Shown piece by piece: positions 18,984-28,596 of a stretch of DNA of 64,000 nucleotides (its first letter is position 1; the number at the start of each line of letters is the position of its first letter). Source of the stretch: Candidatus Hermodarchaeum yapensis (GTDB lineage Archaea > Asgardarchaeota > Hermodarchaeia > Hermodarchaeales > Hermodarchaeaceae); NCBI GenBank assembly GCA_016840405.1, contig JAEOSK010000004.1, positions 49,174 to 113,173 on the forward strand, in the 5' to 3' direction. The translations under genes and the position numbers were made by a program. The notes under the pieces are model-generated. The model was not told the DNA's origin. It made no database searches and saw only the letters and a program-made list of their open reading frames with translations.

Positions 18984-19235
18984 GTGGCGCGATTTAAGTA
19001 TTATACCATTTACCGCTGCAAGCATTGTGGCGAACGCATTCGTGTCCATGGCAAACTCGCGTCGAAACTTGTTTTGCCTTCCGGTGTTCAGATGTGTTGT
19101 ACTCGTCCACGATTAGTTCGAGAACGGCAAGTTTTAATTTCAGACTATGAATCGGATAAACACACTAAAGGGAAAGAAGAGCCTCGAGCCGAAAAAGTGA
19201 CACAGAAGAGCTTGTCTGAGTATTCAAAGAAATAA
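18984..19235 (+). CDS. Small metal-binding protein (CxxC...CC) with C-terminal PIP-box-like motif
   Basis: YRCKHCG..MCC; ends TQKSLSEYSKK; TATA-like CTTTAAG upstream. Confidence 0.6.
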   Translation: MARFKYYTIYRCKHCGERIRVHGKLASKLVLPSGVQMCCTRPRLVRERQVLISDYESDKHTKGKEEPRAEKVTQKSLSEYSKK

Positions 19236-19253
19236 TCGTTCTCTTTTTTCAGT

Positions 19254-20198
19254 TTAGAGAATCGTATAGCGTGGATGATTCCGTGTTTTGGGAGTGGGAG
19301 CTGGGTAGGAACCCTCGGCAGAGGTGTAGGCAAGGAGGGCATCAGTGACTGCGGTTGCCGTGAAGAAGCGGGGGGCGCGGCGGAGTGGTCCAGCGAGAAT
19401 GAAGTTGGCTCCATGACATTGAAGATAAGTGCAAAGGGCTGGAGAAAGGTATCGTTTTGCGGCTGGCGAGATGAGTTTCGCGCGACGCCATATGGCAACA
19501 CTATTCGCTGATCCAGCACCAACAGGATAACCCAATTCAGCTTTGACAAATTGCATTGCAGACGCAGCAATACTGAGACCCGCAAGATCGAGCGCAACAG
19601 TATCGATGAGCAATTTTGTGAGTTTAGCTTTTTTGGCTTTTGTTAGCAAACCTTCTTCATCTGAAGAACCCTTTAATGCGTCTAATCGCCCTTCAGGGCG
19701 AATATCGAGTGGATTATGAGCGAGGACAATTGCAGCTTGGATTTTTGCGCTTCGAAGTGCTTCGAGTTCTTCGTTAGAAGTATGATGACTAATAGCATCA
19801 TAGATAGCGAGATTCGTTCGACCAGTCTGTTCAACGTAAGAAACCCCTGCGAATCGTGCTTCCTGTGAACTACTATCAATGAGGAAAGGAATTGTTTCAG
19901 CAACTTCCGTGAGATAGGGTAGGTAGTTGTTCATCGCCTCTGGTGTTTCTGCAAGGACATCGAGGATTAGAGGATTGCCAGTTGTTTGACTGAGTTTGAT
20001 GGCTCGGTCAATGTATCGTCTGGCTTTTTTCTTATCAAAGCGACCAACGCGATGATCTGTGACTAGACGATCACCGCGATGGAAAATGGATAGCATCAGA
20101 GTTGTGGGATATTCTCCGCGACGACCGCCTAGGATAACGTCACCAATCTGAACGGTCTTGGGATCAACAGGGGAGGATTGCTGGATCATTGAGTTCAT
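19254..20198 (-). CDS. mtrH: Tetrahydromethanopterin/pterin methyltransferase, MtrH/MtxH family
   Basis: IGDVILGGRRGEYPT..SIF, FLIDS, LIDT, GYPVGAGSAN, GANFILAGP. Confidence 0.85.
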   Translation of the reverse strand: MNSMIQQSSPVDPKTVQIGDVILGGRRGEYPTTLMLSIFHRGDRLVTDHRVGRFDKKKARRYIDRAIKLSQTTGNPLILDVLAETPEAMNNYLPYLTEVAETIPFLIDSSSQEARFAGVSYVEQTGRTNLAIYDAISHHTSNEELEALRSAKIQAAIVLAHNPLDIRPEGRLDALKGSSDEEGLLTKAKKAKLTKLLIDTVALDLAGLSIAASAMQFVKAELGYPVGAGSANSVAIWRRAKLISPAAKRYLSPALCTYLQCHGANFILAGPLRRAPRFFTATAVTDALLAYTSAEGSYPAPTPKTRNHPRYTIL

Positions 20199-20330
20199 CT
20201 CATTAGGTGAATTTTCCTATTTCCTAGAAGGGGGTTGAATGGCATTTTAAGTTCTACTTCAACGGATATTACCGAACACGCGAATGCTTTTTAGGAACCT
20301 TCACGCCCAGCATGGTCTTCATAGAATGCG

Positions 20331-21674
20331 GTGAAGCCTATTTTAAAACCAACTCCCACTAATGAAAGCTTTGAATCAAGACCTTACTTAGGTCAAATCC
20401 TTCTCTTGGCAGCCGCACAAGCAATTCTAATGTTGGGCTATGGAGCCGTCCTGCCCATCTTACCCTATTATCTCATTGAATTTGGGGCAGGCGCTTTTGA
20501 ATACGGACTGCTTGTTGCTACCTTTTCGATTTTCGCCTTCATTGCTGCCGGTCCATTGGGAACTCTTTCTGATCGAATTGGACGGAAACCCGTCATCATG
20601 ATTTCCCTCGCCGGTGCAGGCCTCTCACTGGTCGTGTTTAGTCTGTCGAATTCTCTCATTTTACTTTTCATTACTCGAGCAGCCGAGGGTTTTTTTACTG
20701 CAGGGTTATGGCCTTCGGGCGATGCCTTGGTCTCTGATATTGTGCCTCCCAAGAAACGCGGAAGCGCTTGGGGGAACCTTTTGGCCGGTCGGACTACGGG
20801 AATGATTTTTGGACCCACCATCGGAGGCATCCTTGCGTTTTATCTCGGCGTTCGAATTCCGTTCATGATTTGTGCAGCCCTTGCCTTCGTTGCCCTGCTT
20901 CTGAGTGGTCTTTTCATCCGCGAACCACCACGTACTCGGTCCAAAGAAGATCTTCTCCACGATCAGATCAGTCAACCGTGGTGGGATAGATTCTATCTAG
21001 CTCTCAAAGCCTATTGGAATGTGCTGCTAACTGGTGGGCTGCTGCTTGTGGTTGCTATGATTGTGAGGTTCACCCGTATCCTTTCGATTGCCACGGTAGA
21101 ACCCATGTTTGCCATTTACACAACTGATCCGCGAACTTTCGGATTAACACCCTTAGAGTTAGGTCTATTTTTCTTCTGCTTTGCAATCACTAATGCAATT
21201 TCTCAATTAGTGTTCGGACGACTTGCCGATCGAATAGGACATGGTAGCCCGATGGTTCTTTCCGGCTTTGTGACAGCATTTGGGTTGTTTCTTGCCATTA
21301 TTGCCACATCAACACTTCAATTCTATCTCGTCGCAGTTTTCTTGGGATTGGGTGGTGCGATGGCATTACCCTCTACGGTAGCTGTTGCAGCGGAGGCTGC
21401 TCCTCCAACTGAACGAGGACGGGTTATGGGATTATTATCCATGTCTGGAAGCTTAGGACGAGCGACGGGACCGATTGTTGGAGGTTTCTTGTATGCTAGT
21501 ATTCTCGCCTTGACTGATAATCCCTATCTTGCCGCATTGCCACCCGTAACAATTGCTTTGATTGTTGGGATTCTTGGAAGTTTTGCTGCAATTCCGTTAT
21601 TCCTTAGAGTCCGGAGAACTGCGATGAATAAAAACACTGGAGAGGAAAAGCCTTTGAAGACCGATGAGGGCTAG
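20331..21674 (+). CDS. MFS transporter (DHA1-like)
   Basis: GTLSDRIGRKP and GRLADRIGH motif A; 12 TMs. Confidence 0.93.
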   Translation: MKPILKPTPTNESFESRPYLGQILLLAAAQAILMLGYGAVLPILPYYLIEFGAGAFEYGLLVATFSIFAFIAAGPLGTLSDRIGRKPVIMISLAGAGLSLVVFSLSNSLILLFITRAAEGFFTAGLWPSGDALVSDIVPPKKRGSAWGNLLAGRTTGMIFGPTIGGILAFYLGVRIPFMICAALAFVALLLSGLFIREPPRTRSKEDLLHDQISQPWWDRFYLALKAYWNVLLTGGLLLVVAMIVRFTRILSIATVEPMFAIYTTDPRTFGLTPLELGLFFFCFAITNAISQLVFGRLADRIGHGSPMVLSGFVTAFGLFLAIIATSTLQFYLVAVFLGLGGAMALPSTVAVAAEAAPPTERGRVMGLLSMSGSLGRATGPIVGGFLYASILALTDNPYLAALPPVTIALIVGILGSFAAIPLFLRVRRTAMNKNTGEEKPLKTDEG

Positions 21675-22509
21675 TCCTAGCTTGATACTGATGACATCAC
21701 AAGTTCTCCCCCATGTCAAGAAACCTGCAACGATTCTTATTGTGGAAGCACATCCTGACGATGCTGCAATTTTTGCTGGTGGAACTTTGGTTAGGCTAGC
21801 TGAGGAGGGGCACACCCTAGTTAATCTGTGTTCGACGTATGGTGAAAAGGGCACTTTAGACCGTTCAATGACTCGTGAAAAAATGATTGATATTCAAAAA
21901 AGTGAATCCCTACGAGCAGCGGATGTGATAGGGATTAGCGAGGTTATCTTCCTAGGAATTCCGGATGGTGAGCTACAACCGGAGCTAGAACTGCGTCAGC
22001 AGTATACAGAAATCATCCGTCGCGTCCAACCGGATTTTGTATTTAGTTTTGACCCGCATATTCCCTATGATCCCCATCCTGACCATCAAGCAACGAGCCG
22101 AACAATCTATGAAGCCTGTTTGAATTGCCACTTACCATTGGTGTTTCCTGATCAGCTTGCAGATGGACTAAAACCACATTATGTGAATCGATTCTTTGGT
22201 TGGGAGTCTTCGAACCCGAACACCTATGTTGACATTACTGCGTCCTTAGAGACGAAACTACGAGCCTTAGAAAAATATGAGAGCCAAATGCAAATGATAC
22301 TCGATGAAACGCGGAATCGCTCTTCACGTGCAGGAATTGATGTTCCGATAAGTAGAGAAACAACATCGAAAGAATTCATTCGCGAGTGGATTACGACGGA
22401 AGCACAAAGAATTGGCAAACATGCCAATTGCCAACATGCAGAAGCATTCAATAGCATCGGGTTTAGTGCCGTTAGAATTATTGTAGAACAATTAGAAACC
22501 GAAGAGTAG
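21664..22509 (+). CDS. PIG-L/LmbE family deacetylase
   Basis: AHPDD, HPDH, YESQ. Confidence 0.92.
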   Translation: MRASPSLILMTSQVLPHVKKPATILIVEAHPDDAAIFAGGTLVRLAEEGHTLVNLCSTYGEKGTLDRSMTREKMIDIQKSESLRAADVIGISEVIFLGIPDGELQPELELRQQYTEIIRRVQPDFVFSFDPHIPYDPHPDHQATSRTIYEACLNCHLPLVFPDQLADGLKPHYVNRFFGWESSNPNTYVDITASLETKLRALEKYESQMQMILDETRNRSSRAGIDVPISRETTSKEFIREWITTEAQRIGKHANCQHAEAFNSIGFSAVRIIVEQLETEE

Positions 22510-22582
22510 TGAAGGTCTGTATTCCCGGAAAATGCTAAGCCTTTTAGGTAACTTCATTTCCGGAAGTGACCGGTGATTACCC

Positions 22583-23134
22583 GTGAATGGTTGGGACCAC
22601 GTCTTCATTACAACGATTGTATTTTTTGTGAGTTGGATAGCCATTTACTTCCTTGCTCTCTATGGCTTTATCGCATTCCCAGCATACCTTACTCTCTGGT
22701 TTATCTTCGTCGCCTGGGTTGGTGGAATCTTTCCAGATTTCGATATTCACTGGAAACCCCTTCTCGGACATCGGTCTGTCATTACTCATAGTGTCTTAGC
22801 GCCACTCCTAATTGTTGGCATCTTCTACCTTCCGATACTCATTGTTCCTGAGTTATGGATGGAAATTGATCGCTATTTCATCGTCATCTTCTTACTGGGA
22901 TGTGCCCTACACTTACTCCTCGATTTAATTCCTAGCTCTCGCTCAGTACTCAATCGATTCATGAAAAATCCGTTGGAAGCCTTTGCCTATATTGAGAAAA
23001 ATCAAACATCAGCACCTGGAAACATCACAAGAATCCCTGAAAAGTATGAAAGAGGATGGCTAATCGGTAATGCCGTTGCCCTTATCTTCTTTGCTGCGTT
23101 TCTCTGGTGGTTCTTTGTTACCTTCTTTCCTTGA
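22583..23134 (+). CDS. Membrane-bound metal-dependent hydrolase (YdjM-like)
   Basis: MNGWDH, FPDFD, HRSVITHS, HLLLD. Confidence 0.82.
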   Translation: MNGWDHVFITTIVFFVSWIAIYFLALYGFIAFPAYLTLWFIFVAWVGGIFPDFDIHWKPLLGHRSVITHSVLAPLLIVGIFYLPILIVPELWMEIDRYFIVIFLLGCALHLLLDLIPSSRSVLNRFMKNPLEAFAYIEKNQTSAPGNITRIPEKYERGWLIGNAVALIFFAAFLWWFFVTFFP

Positions 23135-24323
23135 GCACCTGCGCTAGTATTTCCATTAAATCCAAAATCTTGAGATCAGTCTCCTTTACCTGATTCTGGG
23201 TTTCGGTGAAGTGGAGTTTACAGTTTGGACAAGCTGAAACCAAGTATGAGTTCGAAGCTGATGGTGTATCAGCTAGTCGGGTCCGGGTAATTTCCTCAGC
23301 TAGAGCCGGAAAGGTTTTGGGTAAGGCGCCGCCTCCACCGCAGCAATCCGCATATTCTCGATTGTGAGGAAATTCCATTAGGTCGGCTCCTGGGATAAGT
23401 TTGAGAAGCTGTCGGGGGGGTTCGTAAATGCCTAGTTCTCGTCCTAAATGGCAGGGATCATGGTATGTCATTGTTAAAATTGAACCAGTTTGCTTCGTCT
23501 GTAAAGGGGATTTGATCAGTGGAGCGAGTTGTTCACTTTGCTTGACTAAAAATTCGACCATGTGAAGTACTTTAACTTTCTTGGGTAGGTGTATACCTAG
23601 TTGTGGATAGTCGAGTTTAAGGGCTCTGGCGCACCCGGGGCACGTTGTGAGTATTGTCTTTGCACCGGATTCTTTGATGGCTTTAACGTTTTGTTCTGCC
23701 AAGGATTTGGCACTTTCGATGAACCCGGCTCGGATAAGGGGTGATCCACAACAGACTTCATTTTTCTCTCCATTGAGAAAGGTGAAATCAATTCCTAGTC
23801 TAGCTAGCACTGTATGAGTTGCTGAAGCGATTTCTGGATGTCTGTATGCTGTAGTACATCCAACAAAATAGGCAATCTCGGCTGTGGATGTTTGATTCTT
23901 CAAAATACTTTGAAGTTGTGCAAACCGCTCATCATGTGGTTCGCCATAGACGTTGAAGAATTCACTGGTGTTCTTATCGAGCTCAAGAGTTCCAGCAGGA
24001 GCTCGGTGTTCAGCTACTACGCGTTCACGACTAAGTTCGATGATGCGTGGAAGTTCATGACGAGGCATACACCAAGCCTTGCACGCCCCACAGAGATTGC
24101 ATTGATACAAACGATCCACCGCTGCTTCTGTGAGCGCACTTTTTCCTCCCCGATACAGTTCAATGATAAGGGCTCGACCAACAGGACTGCAGGCATCAGA
24201 ACGAGTAACCAAATGAGTGGGGCAGGAATGGCGACACATACGGCTGCAGAGACTACATAGACGACTAATTTTAGCGAAATCATCCAACGTGTTTGATAGG
24301 GCGGTTGAATTGGGTGGTGTCAT
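23118..24323 (-). CDS. Fe-S oxidoreductase, GlpC/HdrD-like (two 4Fe-4S plus two CCG domains)
   Basis: CSLCSRMCRHSCP, CNLCGACKAWC, EVCCG, CPGC, YHDPCHLGR, CCGGGG, ACPNC. Confidence 0.92.
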   Translation of the reverse strand: MTPPNSTALSNTLDDFAKISRLCSLCSRMCRHSCPTHLVTRSDACSPVGRALIIELYRGGKSALTEAAVDRLYQCNLCGACKAWCMPRHELPRIIELSRERVVAEHRAPAGTLELDKNTSEFFNVYGEPHDERFAQLQSILKNQTSTAEIAYFVGCTTAYRHPEIASATHTVLARLGIDFTFLNGEKNEVCCGSPLIRAGFIESAKSLAEQNVKAIKESGAKTILTTCPGCARALKLDYPQLGIHLPKKVKVLHMVEFLVKQSEQLAPLIKSPLQTKQTGSILTMTYHDPCHLGRELGIYEPPRQLLKLIPGADLMEFPHNREYADCCGGGGALPKTFPALAEEITRTRLADTPSASNSYLVSACPNCKLHFTETQNQVKETDLKILDLMEILAQVLKERR

Positions 24324-25798
24324 TGTGAAGCTCCCTCTTTAGGAAATTTCGAGGTTTCATTCCCAAATCCCAATTTGCCAGGGTTCATGATATTATTGGG
24401 ATCCAAATACTGTTTGATGGCTTGTAGAAGCGCAAAGCCGGTTTCTCCATGTTCGATTGGCATCCAAGGGGCTTTGAGAAGCCCCACGCCATGTTGATGG
24501 CTGAGTGTGCCGCCTGCACGATGTGCAGCTTCTAAGCCTGCATCCCAGATTTGTTGGTATTTTGTCTCAACTTCTTCTGGTGAGTTAGCGTGACCGACGA
24601 AGATGACGTAGATGTTACCACCGTCGGGGTAGAAGTGGGAGAAGTGACTCATAGTGCCAACTCCGAAGGCTTCGATGGCTTTCCGCATCTCCCAGTACAT
24701 CTTCTCTAAATTGGCATAGCTAGAAGCCACGTCTAAAACATCGTAAAGCATGCCTGGACCCATGTTCATGCTCGAAGGATAATAGAGATCGAAACGGTTG
24801 TTCCACCAGTGCTTTGAAGGCCCCGGTCCTAAATCCTCAGCACCTCCTTCTAAACAAATCTTGGTTACCGTGCGTTTTTCCAGTCGAACAAAGTCTTTTG
24901 TTGCCCGATAAATGAAGTTCAGGACGCAAGCGCCGTCTGAAGGTGGTTTGAACCGGCTGAGCACGAAACGTGTTTCGTTTTCATCGTATAGACGGATGAG
25001 CGCAGGTTTCAGGTCTTGGCGAAATACCTGTTTGACAGCATTCATCCCTGAATGTAGGTCGGGAAAGAGAAAGGAAGCAAACTGTGTTTCCTCGGGGGAT
25101 GGAGCAATTCGAAGCGTGAGTTCAGTGATGATTCCATAGGTTCCTTCTGATCCGATGAAGAGTTGTTTGAGATCGGGTCCCATTGAGGAACGAGGCACGG
25201 CTTTAGTCCGAAGTAACTCCCCGGTAGGAAGCACGACTTCTAATCCAGTAATCATATCTTCGATTTTCCCATACTTGGATGAAAGAACACCGGCTGACCG
25301 GGCAGCAGCGAATCCACCAAGGGCAGAGCTGTAGATGGAGGAGGGAAGATGTCCAGTAGTGTACCCTCGTGCCTCTAGATACTCTTCTAGCTCATAACCT
25401 AAAATACCCGGTTCTACTGTCACGGTGAATGATTCTTCATCAAGAAATAGCACCCTGTTCATTTTCTTGACATCAACGATGATTCCCCCAGTTGTGGCTA
25501 ATATCCCACCAGCAACACCACCTGCTCCAGATACAGGAATAATGGGTATGGATTCTTGGTTGGCGAGTTTGACAATTCTTTGAATTTGCTCAACAGTTTG
25601 TGGCCAGACAATCAAATCCGGTTTAGCCTCGATGATTAACCGCCCCAACCGTAGCAGACGGAGAGGCCATGCATCTCGCGAATAGTTAATTTTGTCCACT
25701 TCTGCATCAGATACATTCTCTTTACCTAACCAAACTTCCAGTTGGCGTTTTACTCGATTGACATTGAAGGCAGTTGAAGCGGCAGACACGGATAACAC
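24320..25798 (-). CDS. FAD-linked oxidase, alkyl-DHAP-synthase-like/GlcD superfamily
   Basis: GHLPSS, SKYGKIED, GPDLKQLFIGSEGTYGII, SHFSHFYPDG, LSHQHGVG, DPNNIMNPGK. Confidence 0.9.
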   Translation of the reverse strand: MLSVSAASTAFNVNRVKRQLEVWLGKENVSDAEVDKINYSRDAWPLRLLRLGRLIIEAKPDLIVWPQTVEQIQRIVKLANQESIPIIPVSGAGGVAGGILATTGGIIVDVKKMNRVLFLDEESFTVTVEPGILGYELEEYLEARGYTTGHLPSSIYSSALGGFAAARSAGVLSSKYGKIEDMITGLEVVLPTGELLRTKAVPRSSMGPDLKQLFIGSEGTYGIITELTLRIAPSPEETQFASFLFPDLHSGMNAVKQVFRQDLKPALIRLYDENETRFVLSRFKPPSDGACVLNFIYRATKDFVRLEKRTVTKICLEGGAEDLGPGPSKHWWNNRFDLYYPSSMNMGPGMLYDVLDVASSYANLEKMYWEMRKAIEAFGVGTMSHFSHFYPDGGNIYVIFVGHANSPEEVETKYQQIWDAGLEAAHRAGGTLSHQHGVGLLKAPWMPIEHGETGFALLQAIKQYLDPNNIMNPGKLGFGNETSKFPKEGASQ

Positions 25799-25914
25799 CC
25801 ACCATTCGAACTATGAATAGGAATTATTACATAAAAGCCACCTTGAACAACGAAATCCCTGTCCAGAATAAACAGGAGAGGGGTTGGTCTAGATGGAACA
25901 CAGATACTGTTGAC

Positions 25915-26667
25915 TTAGATGGGTTCTGAGACAAAGATTGCTCGCTCAGCTTCAGGGGTCCAAGGTGCGCGAGTGAAGGAGGAGTAGATAGTTTCTACTT
26001 GGAACTGCATCTCAGCTAGCAGAAATTTCACATCTTCGACTGTCATGATGGCAAGTTGCGACCAGTCATAAAAGGTGTCGGTGATACGCCCTGTTTTGTC
26101 ATGGACATCGAATCGGAGTACTGTATCGATAATCCCCTTTGATTCTTGAGCACGGGTTGAGATGGAACGGGTTACAGCGCCACCTTTGGGGAGGGAAACG
26201 GTTTCCAGTCGTCGCCATGTGCCTGTTGGGTCTGAATCACCCACCCAGATGTCAAACACAAAGGAGCCTTCGGAGTGTAAATGGGCTTTCACACTTTTGA
26301 GACAGCCCAACTGCTCTTTGCGGGTTGTAAGGTATTGGAAACTCCCCGATGGGACATAGATAAATCGAAATTGCTGATCGAGTGAAAAGTCACTCATATC
26401 CCCAGCAATGAAAAGAAGTCGTTTGGCAATTTCGGGTGGGGCTTTTTGCAGCTTTTTCCGGGCTTCCTGAAGCATCTCGCGGGACTTTTCGAGCCCAACC
26501 ACCGTGATACCATCTTCAGCTAAATGGAAGGCAAAGACACCAGTTCCGACGCCTAATTCTAGTGCCGGTGATCCTACCTCTTGAGCAAGGAGCTGATAGA
26601 AAGCCTGTTCCTCTTCTTTGCCAAGGGTAAAGAGATCATAGAACTGTGCACTCGCTTGATACGCCAT
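25915..26667 (-). CDS. Class I SAM-dependent methyltransferase
   Basis: LELGVGTG, GDMSDF, HLHSEGSFVFD. Confidence 0.9.
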   Translation of the reverse strand: MAYQASAQFYDLFTLGKEEEQAFYQLLAQEVGSPALELGVGTGVFAFHLAEDGITVVGLEKSREMLQEARKKLQKAPPEIAKRLLFIAGDMSDFSLDQQFRFIYVPSGSFQYLTTRKEQLGCLKSVKAHLHSEGSFVFDIWVGDSDPTGTWRRLETVSLPKGGAVTRSISTRAQESKGIIDTVLRFDVHDKTGRITDTFYDWSQLAIMTVEDVKFLLAEMQFQVETIYSSFTRAPWTPEAERAIFVSEPI

Positions 26668-26749
26668 ACGAAACCATCACACCTGAATGCATTGGGGATT
26701 GTGGACTATTTGAGGGTTTTTGTCTAGCAATCTGTAGTCGCGTTCCACA

Positions 26750-27592
26750 GTGGACTGTGTTTCCTCCCACCTTTACACCGGGAAGGATGATGTCATGTTT
26801 CAAACCGCGTTCTCTATGGCACAGCAAACCCAGAAAGCGAAGTGTTCCACTGGTATCACTATCCTCGATGATCTATTGGAAGGTGGCTTTGAACCAGGAC
26901 TAAGCTACTTGCTATACGGTAGCCCGCACTGTACACAAATGATGCAGCAGTCAGTGGCGAGTGCATTGGAACATACCTCCAGTGAACAGGGAGTGGCCGT
27001 CATTGATGCCAATAACGGCATTCGCCCCGACAAAATCATTAGTCACCTCCGGGCAACCTCACAGCAGACCCCACCAACAAAATACCTCAACCGACTTTAT
27101 GTGGCACGAGCCTTTACAACAGACCAGTTTCTTTCTCTACTCGATGATGCTGTAAACGCCATCCAAGAACAGAGAGCTCCGATTCTATTCGTCAACGGTT
27201 TGATGCACCTCGTTCAAGAAGAAGAGGAGGGGGGACCCACTCCACCCTCGCCTAGAGCCTCTCCTGACCCTCGCGTCTTTCGTCGCGCTCAACTTGCGGC
27301 ACACCCGAAACAACTTGCCTTCACGCAGCAAATCGCCGTTGTGGTTAGTGCAGATGGGCCCAAACGCTCCTCTCAGCCACCCCTCCGATTGGGTCAATTC
27401 ACCCGTCACCGGTTCCATGTCTTGATACACCATTCCCGCCAAGACACTGTTGAAACATTCACCTTGGAGAAACATCCAAGTCGTCCCTGGCTTCAACGGA
27501 GTAGAGTGATACCACGAATTCGTCGCTATCCGGGTACTCAGCAGACAACACTCCTTGATAGTGCAAATCCCAAAGCTAGATTGGTTCCGTGA
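26750..27592 (+). CDS. RadA/RadB-like RecA-fold protein with degenerate Walker A
   Basis: STGITILDDLLEGG, VIDANN, VARAFTTDQ, LEKHPS; Walker A replaced by YGSPHCT; real start probably ATG 26795. Confidence 0.8.
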   Translation: MDCVSSHLYTGKDDVMFQTAFSMAQQTQKAKCSTGITILDDLLEGGFEPGLSYLLYGSPHCTQMMQQSVASALEHTSSEQGVAVIDANNGIRPDKIISHLRATSQQTPPTKYLNRLYVARAFTTDQFLSLLDDAVNAIQEQRAPILFVNGLMHLVQEEEEGGPTPPSPRASPDPRVFRRAQLAAHPKQLAFTQQIAVVVSADGPKRSSQPPLRLGQFTRHRFHVLIHHSRQDTVETFTLEKHPSRPWLQRSRVIPRIRRYPGTQQTTLLDSANPKARLVP

Positions 27593-27666
27593 GTGTGAAA
27601 GACCTTACTCAATACTAGCATTTTTACCAGCGTTCATGTAGAGAAGTTGCTCACAAGAGGAGCCAT

Positions 27667-28596
27667 TTGGGCATGAAACTCGGTTCTTGGAAATACTATA
27701 TTCTGCTCATCCTAGCCATGGTGTTTTGGGGTGGGAGCTGGGTTTCCGTGAAAATCGTTGTCTCAAATGCTCCACCGATGACTGTGGGATTCTTCCGTTT
27801 CTTAACGGCAAGTCTGATTTTCATTCCCATTTTACTCGTAACCCATCGAGAAGATATCCAATCCTATACTCGACGTGATATTGGTCTGTTTTTTGTTTTG
27901 GGATTAGTGGGTGTATTGGGGTACGGTGTTCTCTTCTTGGTGGGGATGCAGTTTACCTCATCAGCGCAGGGATCGATTATCGCAGGAGTCAATCCTATCA
28001 CGGTAAGTCTCCTAGCGTTTCTGCTGTTAAACGAACGCCTAGCTCCGAAATGGAGATACTTGGGATTTCTTTTCAGTTTTCTCGGTATTTTCTTCGTCGT
28101 GGGAGTCCAATCCTTCCTTGAATTTCGACCGGACTATTTGATTGGAAACCTCATTCTTTTGTGTGGGATGTTAACGTGGGGACTCTACTCTGTTCTAGGA
28201 AAAAAGGTGATGACTCGGTACTCATCCTTGGAAACTACCGCGATAGGTATTTTCTTTGGTACAGTGCTCTTCTTTGGTGCAGCACTTACAGAGCAATTTT
28301 GGACCCTTCCCATAATGGCTGATCCAGCGTTTTGGCTTCATATCCTGTATTTGGGTATCTTTGTCACAGTCGTGGGATTTCTATTCTATTTTATCGGTAT
28401 CGAGAATCTCGGAGCAAGTCGGGCGGCTGTTTTCATATCTTTGGTTCCTGTATTTGGCACGCTCTTCTCTATCCTGATACTCAGTGAACCGCTCTATTGG
28501 ACATTTATTGTTGGCCTAATTCTGGTTGTTATAGGAATATTGGTGATTAATTATCCACGAAAGGAAAAAACCACAAACACTGCAACTAATCCTTAG
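27667..28596 (+). CDS. DMT/EamA family transporter
   Basis: FWGGSW, two EamA repeats, 10 TMs. Confidence 0.93.
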   Translation: MGMKLGSWKYYILLILAMVFWGGSWVSVKIVVSNAPPMTVGFFRFLTASLIFIPILLVTHREDIQSYTRRDIGLFFVLGLVGVLGYGVLFLVGMQFTSSAQGSIIAGVNPITVSLLAFLLLNERLAPKWRYLGFLFSFLGIFFVVGVQSFLEFRPDYLIGNLILLCGMLTWGLYSVLGKKVMTRYSSLETTAIGIFFGTVLFFGAALTEQFWTLPIMADPAFWLHILYLGIFVTVVGFLFYFIGIENLGASRAAVFISLVPVFGTLFSILILSEPLYWTFIVGLILVVIGILVINYPRKEKTTNTATNP

